Shown: positions 20,981 through 50,048, counted from the stretch's first letter. The stretch: 64,000 nucleotides of DNA from Amoebidium appalachense (GCA_963693365.1 CAVNZM010000012.1:5220889-5284888); one strand, 5' to 3'. Notes: generated from the letters alone by a model not told the origin. Numbers and translations: made by a program.

Positions 20981-23232
20981 GTACTGACGGTGCCTGGGCT
21001 GCTTTGAACTTCACGTTCGCCTCACACCCAGGCACGTTGGCTTTTATGATCACTTAAGCAAACGTACCGTGAAACAGCCAATCAAAACGTTGTACAACAG
21101 ATCGGCCAATCAGCGTGTTGTATCACTGTTTAGGGTATGCGGTTCGGCGCGTGCGTCTTGACCCCACCTTGAGGCAACTTTTAAAAAGATTTAAAAGCCA
21201 ATCGTTGGATAGGTACGAAGCGAAGCAAAATCCGAAATATTGCATGATATTGAGGCAATCCAGATAGGGCATCACGTCAGCCGTTTGCGGTCAAATTCAA
21301 ACCTTGGTCAACAGCCGCGACCGTTATCATCCCATGTCTAGTTGTACATGTCGCAAGGCTTTTAAGCGCCGGCACTTCTCGTGCACAGTTTTTGAAACTT
21401 TGTGTGATGTACTGCGCTCGTTTCAATCCGCGTGGTCTACAGTTGCAATATTTTGTATTTTGTCTATAGAACATTTACTAGTAGCTAGGTTGTAGCAGCA
21501 TACTGCGTGCATTGTCTGCTTAATAATCTTTCTTTCATCCCTGCCGCACAGGTACCCTAATTAGTTAAGCCTAGAGTGCATTCATACTCTTTTTCTGCTT
21601 TTCAAAGTTTCTATGTTTATTTAGTATTATGTCAGCCTCCATACACCACAAAGATATCCCTAGTGTGCAACTTGAAAATGGCACTGATTCGCTGTCACAG
21701 TCGGAATCAAGGCTATTCTTTCAGGACTCGGATGATCACCTTGATCCTCTTTATTAATAAACGAGCTTAAGTTTGGCTTACGACACAGGCAATCGCGCGA
21801 TTTCTCTTGGGTCCAAACCTGTTTGCGGGGGATTTAGGGGGGTCGAAGTGTAGTCATGGCAGTGGCAGGCCCCCACTGTTGTGAACCCCCGTCGTCAAAG
21901 GGCCTGGTGCTGAGGCCCCTTGGAGTGGCTGCCCTGGGCCTGGTGTTGAGGCCCTTTGGAGTGGCTGCCCGTAGTGTTGTTGAGTAGTGTTGTGGTGCCC
22001 AGTGCAGCAGTAGGCCTTAGACACACCGCTGGGTAGGGCACGGTTGGGGCGGAGGCATTCCCAAACCACCGGGACCTACGTAGTAGGAGTCTTTGTCGGG
22101 TAGAGGAATGGCCAGCAAGAGAGTCTGGAGGTGTACGTCACATGAGTCTGGAGGTGTTCGTCACGGCATGTTTGGTTGTGTTAGGAATTCTTTGGGGATG
22201 GGGCATGCTGAGTGTGGTTGTATGGATGGTGTCTGTTATCATGTCTGTTGCTATGTTCCACTCGATATAACATTGTGCCAGGGGCATGGGGTTTTGGGTG
22301 CAGATTGTGGACGGGGGCAGAGGTGCATCTACAGGGCAACGTCAGTGGCGGTTCATAATTATCCTTGTTTTGGGGTTGGGTTGGGTATTAACCATGGTGG
22401 GGTGGTGTGTGGATGTATGTATATGTTTTATGTTATATGTTAAATGTTGCTTCCTGCATGGGTAGCGGTAGTTGTAGTCGCTCAGCACATAACTTTATTT
22501 TGTTTTTAGGTAGTTTTTACTGAGGTGGAACTCAGTTATTTTCTGTGCGAGGGGGGAGTTGTCATGTGCTGAGCTGATTCGTATTAGTTTACTTCTATAT
22601 TTTGTGTTTTGGTGAGTTAATTTCGGGGGTTTTCTTGCATAGTGATGCCGGGGTCTAAATGGGGTATGAGGAGATTAATCAGTGGTATGGGGAGAATCTG
22701 ATGCAGCGGCGGCTGATTGTTTGGTGCGCGCGTGCATGCCCCATGCCTCTGCGTACTCTCCATGTTAAATGTTGTATTGCTTCTTGCTGTGTGCGTGGCG
22801 AGACCCATGTTGCCTGCTCGCGTGTGTGTATGCTTATATGTATTGTGAGTAAACGTGTGTACGTGTTGTAGTGCTGTAGGGGTGTCTGAGGTCGCGGTAG
22901 CCAATGGTGTGGAGTGCGTGTAGTCTGTGGGGGAGGGAGTGTTGTGATTGGCTGAATGTCACTGTGGTATTTGTCTGGCCAGTGGGCCGCGTGTCTGTGA
23001 AGTGTCTCGCGGGGTCGCGGGCTTTTGGAAGTTCTTCTCAGAACACAAAAAACTCGCTTCCCACCCAACTCAAAGAAAAGTTTATACGTATACACGGTTT
23101 CGAGCCCCTTTAAGCGTGCAGATAGTTAGAGTAGTTCATATACACACTGTATGTTGCCACGACACCAGGAACCAATAGATGAGGGGCTTTGCTTTCCGAC
23201 CAATCACAGAACTTGATGATGAAAATTTCCTG

Positions 23233-23348
23233 GGTGACTCTATTTTCCCTTACACTCTCGCGACCGCGTGCATGCTTTCTCTCGCGGCGGCTCTACGGTC
23301 CCGAGAGTCCAGTGTTCGCTGTGTGTGTAAGGAAAAATACGAGTCACC
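23233..23348. mobile_element. 116-bp element with about 23-bp imperfect terminal inverted repeats (MITE-like or transposon subterminal hairpin)
   Basis: GGTGACTC-TATTTTCCCTTACAC ... GTGTAAGGAAAAATACGAGTCACC. Confidence 0.55.
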
Positions 23349-23387
23349 TCATTAGGTGACAGCACGGCAACAGCGCGCGACTCTTAG

Positions 23388-24270
23388 GGAATTCGATTCC
23401 TTTCAGCGTGAATTCATCCAGTTTATTTCTCGAACCTCACGTAGGCATCCTTTGGCGGCTCCCTTGCTGAGTACAACTAGTGTTATTGGTCTCCCTCCGG
23501 CGCGCCAGCGTATGAAAGAATTACTGTAGGACGAAGCTTCGCTTTTGTACATGTTTTCATTTGGTTAGGCTTGAAGTTCCTTCTTATCATCCTTTGTTGC
23601 AATTCTTCTAACACCTGTTCCCGGCATTTCTATAATGTTCGTGCGAAATGTCCTCTCCCCAATCTCTCTCCCACTCCGAGATATCCTTTTAAATACTTCA
23701 AGTTAATAATATCTCCTTTATTTTTCTCTTCTACTAGTTATCAGCAGTATGTTACTTGGTTTCATGATACTCAATATCCTTTGCTTCATCGTTGTGATAA
23801 AGAGTATCATGGTAGGGCTCTTGAGCCTGTGCTTCTTTTTATATTAGAGACTCGTCTATTTTCTTTGCAATCGTTGTGTAAATTAGCTACTTATATATTT
23901 ATCCTTCCTCTCGTAAACCTACCACACTTACCGATTTTGCAATTCTACTAGGGCTCCTCCTTGTGACATAGCTTGGAAATGTTTATTTTGGCCATGGCGC
24001 TGTAACCAACCTTTGTTTCCATAAATGTTTGTGCCACTTTTGTGCAGAACCTTTTTCTCGTAAACACTTAGATAGATGTATTTATTTATCTCAGATTATA
24101 ATCCGTTAGAAATTAGTTTTTTCTTTTGACTGGATTTATTCGACGGAAAGATATGAAATTAGAAGACTGGCTTATTTAGATAATCCTGATATTGCGTCTA
24201 TTGACTATCTGTTGAACCACGGTATGTTTAATGAGTTTTCTAGGGTGTATGATTATTTAAGTGAGTGAGT
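23388..24270 (+). mobile_element. 3' piece of the same LINE ORF2 (post-thumb region and CCHC-like motif), degenerate
   Basis: Resumes with FDSFQREFIQFI...IGLPPARQRMKEL, later CLCHFCAEPFSRKHLDRC and YLLNHG. Same T-rich composition as the 5' piece. Confidence 0.65.
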
Positions 24271-24920
24271 GAGGGCTTTTGTATTTTCTCTCCGAGATAT
24301 CGGTGATATCTCGATGGCTTCTATTTTGCTGAGCATATCAATAAAGTCATTATATAAAAATGAAATTAAAAAAATAAAATAAAAAATTACTACGAAAAAC
24401 CAACGATGGCGCTCATTGTTGCCAAGCATGTACATATGTCACTGGCTGCATGTGATTGGCTGCGCTGGAAAACGCAGTAGGCCGTCGAATGTGGCTGGGC
24501 CTCCGGCAGTCCAGTGTCCACGCAATAAAAAGTGTGTAAACCCCAAAGGTGTCTTCTCGTAGAAGGTACATAGCCGCGTGCGTATCTTTGATGTGATTGG
24601 ATGCAACATCCCTGGTCCAGATGACTCCAATACTCAGTGCTATTTTCAGTGCCATCATGATTCATGAAATGTAGTACCATTTATAGTGCTGCTGTATTCA
24701 TAGCCGTGCGGAAAATAAAACTCGGTACATAATGGCTACTTTAGAACAGAAGCTTTTGGCCTCTATCACGTCCCAATGCTGCCGCGGCATGGCCCAGACT
24801 CGCGTTGCCATGCGCAGACCGCCGGCGGCGCGGCTGGCGGCAGTCCCCACTGGAAATTTTTATAAACCCCCCTATCGACTTGAATTTTTTACCGGCCTGA
24901 AAAAAGGATCTTGTGATCTT

Positions 24921-24960
24921 TGGAGGCAGGGCTGTCGCCTCCAGAATGCATGTAACTAGT
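24921..24960 (+). mobile_element. Possible Helitron 3' terminus
   Basis: Hairpin TGGAGGC-n9-GCCTCCA followed 12 nt later by CTAG|T. Confidence 0.35.
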
Positions 24961-27136
24961 TACTGAACGGTTATATGTAATATTGAAACCGGCTTAATTA
25001 AATTCTAACCATATGCCGCTATCGCGGCTACAGCTAGGTTACGGAAGATGACCCTCGAACTTTTTTTTTTTTTTTTTTTTTTTTTTGTGCTTCAAAGTCC
25101 CGACTAAACTGTGGAATCCAGTAAGAGCCAATCACAAGTCACCTCCTAACGGCGCACGTGCCGCAGAGTCTGTGGACTCTTCGCGTGCACCTCGTTTGTT
25201 TTGACTTCCGAAGTCTCAGAAAGTTTTCAAAAAAGTTTGTTTTTCGCTCGAGTCACCGTGACTCTACGTACCGTCTTGTGTATATAGGAGTAGGTCGGCG
25301 CGTCGGACGGAAGAGGACACACACGGAACACACAGACCTACACACACACTCATTCTACGTGCCGCGCACACAACACACCTGTCACTTTGACCTCCGTGCT
25401 GGAGCCTTTTGCACGACCCCTTGGCTGTGGCTTTGGCTGACGTCAGTGGGTCGTGTACGTGCCTGTGAGACTTGTACGTGCACGTAGAAGCTTACATAGT
25501 TTTGGCAAGTGCCGGCCCACTGCCGGGGCGCCGGCGGGCTGTTCCGCCCCGTGGTTTCGAAAAGGGACACGCGGAAGAGGTTGTTTCAACCTGACACGTA
25601 CAAAATGGCTGCCCTGTGTTTCGTGAGCCTTTTGGCCGCGCAAGCGCTCTTTTATGCCCGCCCAAACTGAAACAAAAAGGCCACGGCAGTACAACACCAT
25701 GGCAATATCACTGTCCGTTGAAGCCATGGGATCCGATGATCATCATTGATTACGAAGCCTGATTTCTGAAAATGTTATGAGGCAGCTGGTGATATACCAT
25801 TGCACCGTTCCGAGCGAGTCATCAGCAAGTTGAGTGAGTTACACGCAACGGTCTTATTAATATCAAACCTTTACTAGAATTAGTCAATTATCTGAAATCA
25901 GATGCGTATGCTACCGCCCTCCTACAGGCTGAATCAGATCGACCATGGTCATCACCATTTCTTTTTTCCATATTCAGTCTTTTGGTCACTTTCCACTGCT
26001 GCCTATATCCTACTTTATTCTTCGTTCTCTTGCTTCCAAGATCCTTAGCCTGTCCTTCCATTCACATCCGTCAGCCGATTCTGCATGTTTTTTCCCGCTC
26101 CATCGCTGAGTCTCAAACGACCCTTGAAACTTCAAGTTAGAAGCCTTCCGACCCATAATTGTCAACCCCTGCTACTGGTGCTTGGCCATAGTTGGGCTTG
26201 TTGTTGGGTTTGTTGCCCGCTGCAAGTTGGGAGAGTCTTGGCGGCCACCACTGAAGGTAAGCATCATGGCATCATATCATCATCATGATAGCATCACGTC
26301 CGGGACCCGCGAGATCCCAGGCCGAGTTAGCTTATCACAAATCATTGGTAAATCATTCATTATCACCTATTATAGTAATGTGACTTCTTCTGGTGTAATA
26401 GTGTGTTACGGTGTGCTCAGTGGCGGTGGTTCAGTCACAGTGTGTTGTGTCGCCGATGATCTGGCTCGGCTCGGTACGGTGTGCGAGCCTCAGGTGGCCG
26501 CTGTGTGTATGCGTGTGTGTGCCATGATGTGACACTGTGTGATATGTGTGTATATGTGTGTATATGTGTGCCATGATGACGGTGCATGTATGCATGTACG
26601 GCCATGATGTGTGTATATGTGTGTCTGCACCGGTGCGCCACACTGAGATGCTTGTCTAGAGTGCCACGGCGTGGCCAGACGGGCAATCTGAAAACGGAAA
26701 GCCAAGAATTCATATATAATCCGGCTAGAACTTTAAGTTAATCTTTCCAACTTGCTGCACAATCATGTCTCGCTACATGCACACTGGGACCTCGGACTAC
26801 TGTTGGACTTGGGCCGTGGCACTAATAACTTGCGCCCCCCTGTACACCCTCCCTCCCTCCCCCCCCCCCCCCCCCCCCCCTTCATTCCCCAAACACCCCC
26901 TCTCACCCGCCTCCCCCCCCCCCCCCCCCCCAACCACCACCACCACCACCCCCACCCACAACCATTACCACCACCCGGCAAAACACACAAACACATACGC
27001 GCGCACACAAAAAAAAAAAAAGGAAAAGAGAAAAACAAGCCGTTGCTTTTCCAAAATCTTTCAAACACTGGTACAGATTGCGTGCTGGTTGACTTCCGGC
27101 ACCTGAAAACATAAATCCGACCGCTGGGCCCAAACT

Positions 27137-42247
<15,111 letters not shown>

Positions 42248-42278
42248 GATCGACGTTTCCTGTGCACGCACACAAAGA

Positions 42279-42436
<158 letters not shown>

Positions 42437-42438
42437 AG

Positions 42439-42585
42439 TTCCACGTCCTACACAGGCGCAAGTGCCGGTTGAGTGGATTGGCGATTTGGTGTTTTTGGTC
42501 GATCGGAGGGGCATCATACAGCGTGCCTCCCCTTCCTGTCTGCGTTTCATGGGGGTGTGTTATCCCCCCCTCCCCCCCCCGCCCT

Positions 42586-42622
<37 letters not shown>

Positions 42623-43020
42623 ACCCCCTCCCCCCCAGTCCCCCACAGGACCTCGCCCCTCATTAATATGTCCCTCCCATCCACACACCCATTTTATCAA
42701 CTCGATTTTTAGTTGGCATAGTTTGTTCTTTTACCGATATTCCCTGTGGGTGGTCACAGGTGAATATCGAAATAGACCGGCTAGCACACACTACAAAATG
42801 TCAAAGAAGGAAGGTTTGTAGTCTCCCGTAGGGCATTTTTCTGCACGTGACTCACGACACACAACCCCGGGGTATACATCATTACGGTCCTTTGTGATAT
42901 TCGACCGTGTGAACTGTTTTTTTTTTCCTTTCCCGCTTTCCAAATCCCATTTCCATATTGATTACATGATTGTATGACCTCGTGCCTGTGAACAGGATTC
43001 GTGTCATTTTGCCCCCCCCC

Positions 43021-43057
<37 letters not shown>

Positions 43058-43419
43058 GGATAAGGAAAGAAAAAAGTAGAAGGAAGAACAGGACAACAAC
43101 AAAAAAAAAAAAAAAAAAAAAAGAGAGAAGGGGAAAAAAAAAAAAAGGGAAAAGGAAAAAACAAAGCCTGCCCCATACACCCACGCGCACCCCATACTAC
43201 ATGCAGTCCCCCTCCCCCCCTCCCAACCCCTCCCTTCACCTCTTCCCCGTCCCCTTCTCCCCCCCTCTTTTCCCCTCCTTTTCCACCCAGCACACACACC
43301 CCACTCACCATGTGCTGTTTTCAGGCCCCAGCCAGTCGTCTTACCGGTCGCAGCATGTTGGACTTTGTGCACTGATCTAATGTGCGCCAATTGCAAGATG
43401 CCTTAGCAACAGTAACGAG

Positions 43420-43453
<34 letters not shown>

Positions 43454-43590
43454 CCCCCCCCCCGCCGCCTCCTTGCCTCCTCCCCTCCCACTCTCCACTT
43501 ACCCGCCCGCTCCACCTCCCCCAGCCCCTTCTCCCCCCCCCCTTCACCCCCCCGTCCCCTTCCTTTCCCACGGTTCTGCGGATGACTCCC

Positions 43591-43621
<31 letters not shown>

Positions 43622-45936
43622 ACACAAACACACAAACACACACACAGACACTCTCCCGCCCCACCCCTCTCCCCCCCTCACTGACCATGAGCTCTCAGTG
43701 CATGTGCCTGTCTGTTTCCATGTTTGTGTTTAAGTCGTGAACGTTCATCGACTCTGAACTATGCAGCAAAGAACTACCTCCCCCTTTCCCCTCCTCCTCC
43801 TCTCCCCCCCCCCCCCCCCCCCCCCCCCACCCCCCTCCTCCCCCCAACTGTCCCGACAGCCCCTGTCAATATTTCTGTGCTGCTTCTCTCTGTTGGCTGA
43901 ACGTCTGTGTGTTGACATTTCTCCCGGTTCTTCCATATGGAATCACACAAGTTCTAAAAAAGGGAAATTGCCCACATGTTGGTAAAGCCAATTATTACTC
44001 TGGCGCCAGTATGCCTTGATAACATTTTGACCTCATGTCACTACATTGCGAGGGTAAACTTTATGCTTGAAGGAAAAGAGCACGTGTGAAAAGTTAGAGA
44101 TGACAGGGGAAGGGGGTGGGGAGGGGGGGGGGGGGGGTGTTGATGTTGCTGCTATTTTTCCACTTCTGATCCCTTTTCCGCTTCAGGGGGTTTCCTCCCA
44201 GCAACGAATCGCTTGCCGTATCCGTGGAAAGGTGCCACCCCCCTTCCCCCCCCCCCCCCCACCCCATGGTTTTGCATGTCTTCAGGCCTCTTACGTCCTA
44301 CATAAGCATGCACACTAATAATTTCTTAGACGCACGCAAAGGGTGAGTGGGGGAAGGGGGGGGGGGGGGGGGGGGGGGGAAGGGGGGAAGGGAGAAAGAG
44401 AGAGAGAGAGAGATGCAGATAGAGCAGCGAGAGAAGAGGGAGAAATGTATACCCACACACACACTGACTCCCTGTGACCACCCAGGGGGTCTGTGCGTAC
44501 CCGCCGTGTGTCGCTCATGTACCAGCGCATACAAAACAGTGACGGCACATGGGCAATGGCAAAGACACTCTTCATCCCTTGGTACCCCCCCTCCCCCCAC
44601 CCGCCCCTTCAGTCCTCTCTCTCTCTCTCCCCTCCCCCTCCCCTCCCTCTCTCTCTCTCCCCCCCCCCCCCTCTCTCTCTGCCCCCCCCCCCCCCCCCCC
44701 CCCCCTCGTCCCTGTCCCCAGGCCCACCTCCTCCTTCCCCCGTCCCCCTACCCCCCGGCGCCGTTGGCTTACCTCTCCCACCTTTCATTTGGTCTCCAAT
44801 TCTTGAAGGGCCTTTATACTCCCATCTGTTCTGATCCCCAGAACTCCCCAGAACTGCCCAATCAGACGCGCTCTTTGTAGATCCGTCACCAGGCAACAGC
44901 CAATCATGTGCCAACAACCAACAACCATCCCGCCAGGGGTCGGAGCCACAAGGCCACCTGGGCCTTCTCGAACCTTCCCAGGGCTCCGCCAATGTGTCAC
45001 ACGCACGTGACCTCCTGTCCAAAAAAAGGAGATTCTCGCAGCCGCGACGAGATGACTGGATTTCGTAACGGTGCAGGGGAAGACACTATTTGTGCCAAAG
45101 GTACGGCAAAACCATCTGAAAAAGGCGATGTCACGAATGGGAAAGAGGGCCGGGCGGAAAAGCCTTCAAACAGCGAGGGTGGTCTGGACACTGCGGGCGT
45201 CACGTCGAACCCAACCAATATGCGGAAAAAGAAACAACGGGAAGATACCAGAACGAGCCAGGGGATTGCCGTGGCTCATCACAAACGGTTGCTTCTGTCC
45301 ATCGACGTGAACTCGGGCCCGAATACCTTTGCCGGCCTGTGTGCCGAGGCGACCAATTGCAACGAGTTGTTTGACCGCGCCCTGCCTTCCTATTCGGTGC
45401 AAATCACACCGCGCAACCAACCGTTTTCCCCTGAATACAACGACCTAAACGAAGCTTTCTTTCATCCCGGCGGCCCGCAACCTGCACAGGGCGTTGAAAT
45501 CCCCCCGCGGTCCAATTTGAGGATTTCAAAAGAATATTCGCTGAACGTGTCGATTTCGACCTCCAACCAGAGTTTCAGTTTTTCGAGTCTTTCGAGCGCC
45601 GACCTGGCCCAACTCCTACGGCAGCATATCACGGCCACCAATTAGCTTGGAGCGGCCAACGCAAGATCGAATTTGGGATTAACCCCGCACCCGATCAGCG
45701 GAAATCTAGGACTACCGATCGGATCGCACGAACAGCCCACACGCAGAACGTCGGCGGCACCCAGTGCGAGGTTTCTGCTGCCGCGATCGATCGCAAATGC
45801 ACAGACACGTCCGATCGCAGATTCGATCTTGTCCAATTGCGTAATCGATACTCAGACACGGCAAGTGGCACCGGCATCTAAGGCACTCGGCGGTGTGTCG
45901 GATGGTGCTCTGTCAAGGAGTGGCACGTGTTCGTGA
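42439..45936 (+). pseudogene. Truncated PAS-gene copy B
   Basis: No bHLH exons; TGG>TGA at 43373 in the PAS-A exon; exons 6-8 and 11-12 deleted; TAG at 45643 in the last exon. Confidence 0.88.
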
Positions 45937-45963
45937 AACTTTCGGTTTTTCAGTTTTTTTTGT

Positions 45964-46001
<38 letters not shown>

Positions 46002-46794
46002 GCTTGTTTGTTTTTAGTGTGCGAAGGTCTTTGTTTGTTATCACATTTCCTGCTACAAGGCACCCACTCAATCATTTTCTTTTTTGAATCTTTCTCCCCC
46101 CCCCCCCCCCCCCTCCCCCCCCCCCCCCCTCCCCCAGGCATCTAAGTTTTGTGCCCGTATGCTCAATTCTGTGTTGTTGCTGTGTTCTCTACTTGCCATA
46201 TACGGTATCATTGTTTTCAGTGCGTAAACCCCTTTCAGTTATAATCATTATCCGCGAAACAGGGTATTTAACTCTGAGAGGAAAAGAAAAGAAATAAAGA
46301 GAGGTGGGGGTGGCCGTGGGGGAAGCAAGGAGCAATAGCCACGAGGGCTTAAAGGAGGGGCCGGGAGGGGGTGGGCGACGGTGCGCCCGGCCGCGGGGGT
46401 GGGGCGCGGCTGTGCATATGCATGGTGGGGGTACGGTGGGGTGGGGGGAGGGGGCCACGTGAGTGAGGGGGGGAGGCCTAGGGGGGAGAGGGGGCGGGAG
46501 GACAGCGGGCACAATGGAGGGAGCTGGTGGAGGGTCAGGCCTAGGGAGGAGGAAAGAGGGAGAAAGAGAGCGACAAGAGAGAGAGGTTGGAAAGGGAGGA
46601 GGGCCGGGGGAAAAGAGAAGCAGACGTCGGATATAAAGCCTTGAAGAGAGAGACTGAGAGAGTGAGATCTCTAGAGAGAGAGAAGAAGGGTTGGGGAGAG
46701 AAGGGAAGGGAGGGGAACAGAGAGAGAGAGAGAGAGAGAGAGATGGGGAGGAGGGGGAGTGGGGGAGAGATCTCGGGAGAGAGAGAGAGGGAGT

Positions 46795-46870
<76 letters not shown>

Positions 46871-47221
46871 GTGAGAGTGAGTGAGAGTGAGTGAGAGAGA
46901 GTGAGATCGTATGTTACACTAAAGCGCCGGCAGGACAAAAGCACCATTCCAAGTAAAACTAACTAAAGGCCAGACAAGAATATATTTTGGCAGCAATGCA
47001 CTAGATATCCGATTAATCTTACTATATAGTATAGCACTGGGATTCTAGTGATACGTATAGCACTGGGATTCTAGTGATACGTCTTATAGTCTTTGTCCAC
47101 ATTGGCAGGAGTTATAAATGCGCAAATCTCACTCTCCTACAGGTTGTATCCATTTGCATTTGCGCAGTAACTCAGACAGGCTGAGGTATCCACACCACAC
47201 TCAGCTGCGTTGATATCAGAC

Positions 47222-47262
<41 letters not shown>

Positions 47263-47613
47263 AAAAAAAAAAAAAGGAAGAAGAAAGCGGTGATGTAATA
47301 CCCCCGATCAATGACACGTCATATATACACATGTATATGTACATCTGACAATCACCGCTCGAAACGATACAGTTTGCACAACCTTGAATACATGTATCTT
47401 ACGTTTCCTTCAACCTCCGTACCTGACCGCCTACCACACTCAAACTGTTATTTTTCTGCCCCAACCCTCCTTAAAGCTAACCTTTTCACCCGCGCCTGAG
47501 CTGTGCCCCGCCACCCCGTCATTATTCCGGCCAGTGACGTCACCAACAGCCAATGGGGTGTCCTTGTTGTTGCTCTGTGGACCTGCCTGGTGCTTTGAGG
47601 TGAACTGTTGGCA

Positions 47614-48579
47614 TCACCGCCAATTTTTTGGGTCACATAGGGCATGATGTGGTTGGAAATGTTCGTTGGCAGCGGTATGCGTAACACCATCGGGGCCTTC
47701 GTTTTTGGTTGCTATCGTGTGGTTGAGGATGGTTGGCGGCAGAGGGAGTTCGTACCCGTAGTCGGTCGGGCAGAAGTTTGTTGGGGGCAGAGGGCCGCGT
47801 GGTTCGTTTTGCTGCGCCCATACAGCCAATACTTCTCGATCGTATGCCCGGCCTCCCTCGGTGATTGATGCAAAAATACCTAAATATTTCTGCTGCGAGT
47901 TGCCTAAAACAGTTCTATCAAATCGGTGCACATGGTAGGGTTTGGATAAATGGTATGCGCCTGTAGAGAAAACGACACCTATGCAACCCTCCTGCTCTGC
48001 TTCCGCTCTACTCATGTAATCACTACGAAGAAAAAAGTTTAGGCGCAGGAGTTTCTCTCGTTTTGGAATGTCCAGAGCACGTATCATATCGTCCCTTGCA
48101 AGTGCCGCTTCCACTTCTGTCGCGTAGCTCCCGACGTAATGAAGAACACCATCCTTCCGATACTCCGCTCTCCAAGGCTTTTGGATGTAACGAATAATGT
48201 AGCTTACGCCCTTGTACACTGACGATTTCGCCTTTGTTGCTTTCTTTGCCCACCACTCCTCTGCCCAATCCAAATCATCGGCTGTCGGTTTGAATTTACG
48301 CAAATTCCCGAGGCTAACATTTTTAGAATCCAGGTATCGGTGAGCCAACACCCCCTTCTGCACCAACAAATCAATGGCCAAATCCCGCTGCCGTGCAGCC
48401 GTGCGACTTTTGTCGTAGCAACCGACATACATGCGGCTTCCTATCATTGCAAACCATTTGCCCGCTTTACCACTCCAATATACTCCCCGGTAGTGTTGGC
48501 CTGTGTCTTTCACATTTCGGGTCGCAAATGGGCGAACGGGCCCAAAGAGTGTCTGCCAGCCGCGCGACCTTCCCTGCAT
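47614..48579 (-). CDS. Triple-AP2-domain protein (copy B, 321 aa), intact
   Basis: Full ORF, paralog of 37774-38736 with clustered amino-acid changes and a one-codon indel. Confidence 0.88.
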   Translation of the reverse strand: MQGRSRGWQTLFGPVRPFATRNVKDTGQHYRGVYWSGKAGKWFAMIGSRMYVGCYDKSRTAARQRDLAIDLLVQKGVLAHRYLDSKNVSLGNLRKFKPTADDLDWAEEWWAKKATKAKSSVYKGVSYIIRYIQKPWRAEYRKDGVLHYVGSYATEVEAALARDDMIRALDIPKREKLLRLNFFLRSDYMSRAEAEQEGCIGVVFSTGAYHLSKPYHVHRFDRTVLGNSQQKYLGIFASITEGGRAYDREVLAVWAQQNEPRGPLPPTNFCPTDYGYELPLPPTILNHTIATKNEGPDGVTHTAANEHFQPHHALCDPKNWR

Positions 48580-48698
48580 ATCGTTTTACATCAGAGATGA
48601 GAAAAGTACAGATGTTTATTCTCTTTATTTTAGACTTTACAAAGGCATCGTAAGTGCACTTGCGGCAGCTGAGCTTTGCGATGATCATTTCCTACCTT

Positions 48699-48731
<33 letters not shown>

Positions 48732-48889
48732 CGCCCTTCCCCTGGCCCCCTCTCTCCTTGTAAGCCCTCCCACAAACTTCACATTCGCACAAACGGCACA
48801 CCTTAGGCTGTATACCAATCCCGACACATTTAACTACAGAAATCCCCAATATACAAACATCCACCGTTGGGTGGTTGACAATGTGTTGG

Positions 48890-49700
48890 TGTGGCGTGTC
48901 AATATTCAGTCTGTGTTATGTGGTTGCTGGGGTTTGAATGCTATTGGTGCCACCTTTCATTCATTCATTCTTTCTTCTTTGGTGACAATTTTTGGTGTGG
49001 CGTGTCAATATTCAGTCTGTGTTATGTGGTTGCTGGGGTTTGAATTCTATTGGTGTGACCTTTCATTCATTCATTCTTTCTTCTTTGGTTTTGGGTTTGG
49101 ATGGTGGCACGCATACCTTTCTCCTTTTCCCTTTCTTCCCCCCCACCTTTATATTTATTGATTTTCTTGCGAGTGTGTGTGCTTATGAGTTTGCACACTG
49201 GCTCTAGTGTATGTGTGTGTTTCAAAATGTGTGATTTTGTCTGTGTGCGTGTGTGCGCGCGTGCCACCTTTCATTCATTCATTCTTTCTTCTTTGGTGAC
49301 AATTTTTTGGTGTGGTTTGTCAATATTCAGTCTGTGTTATGTGGTTGCTGGGGTTCGAATGCTATTGGTGCCACCTTTCATTCATTCATTCTTTCTTCTT
49401 TGGTGACAATTTTTGGTGTGGCGTGTCAATATTCAGTCTGTGTTATGTGGTTGCTGGGGTTTGAATGCTATTGGTGCCACCTTTCATTCATTCATTCTTT
49501 CTTCTTTGGTGACAATGTTTTGTGGTGGCGTGTCAATATTCAGTCTGTGTTATGTGGTTGCTGGGGTTTGAATTCTATTGGTGCCACCTTTCATTCATTC
49601 ATTCTTTCTTCTTTGGTGACAATGTTTTGTGGTGGCGTGTCAATATTCAGTCTGTGTTATGTGGTTGCTGGGGTTTGAATTCTATTCTTTCTTCTTTGGT
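48890..49700. repeat. About 105-bp repeat upstream of the AP2 gene, expanded in unit B
   Basis: Unit GTGGCGTGTCAATATTCAGTCTGTGTTATGTGGTTGCTGGGGTTTGAAT(G/T)CTATTGGTGCCACCTTTCATTCATTCATTCTTTCTTCTTTGGTGACAAT. There are 2+4 copies here versus 2 at 39043-39240 and 2 at 62187-62385. Confidence 0.9.
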
Positions 49701-49806
49701 TTTGGGTTTGGATGGTGGCACGCATACCTTTCTCCTTTTCCCTTTCTTTCCCCCCACCTTTTATATTTACTGATTTTCTTGCGAGTGTGTGTGCTTATGC
49801 ATTTGT

Positions 49807-49838
<32 letters not shown>

Positions 49839-50048
49839 TGTGTGTGTGTGTGTGTATGTGTGTGTGTGTGTGTGTGAAGGGGGAGGAGGCGGGAGGAGCG
49901 GGGGGAGCGGGGAAAGGGAGGTAAAGCACAAACTACACGTACCGTTGCCACCATTCCAAAGGGAGACAACCGGCCAAGAGCAGTCTGACCGTTCTGAATG
50001 CCGAACACAGTTTGTTGGGGCCCTGTGCCGACCAGGAGTGAGACTGTA

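Noticed and set aside
24390-26713. Several 60-116-aa ORFs
   Set aside because: No recognisable motifs or codon bias; probably non-coding DNA or TE debris.
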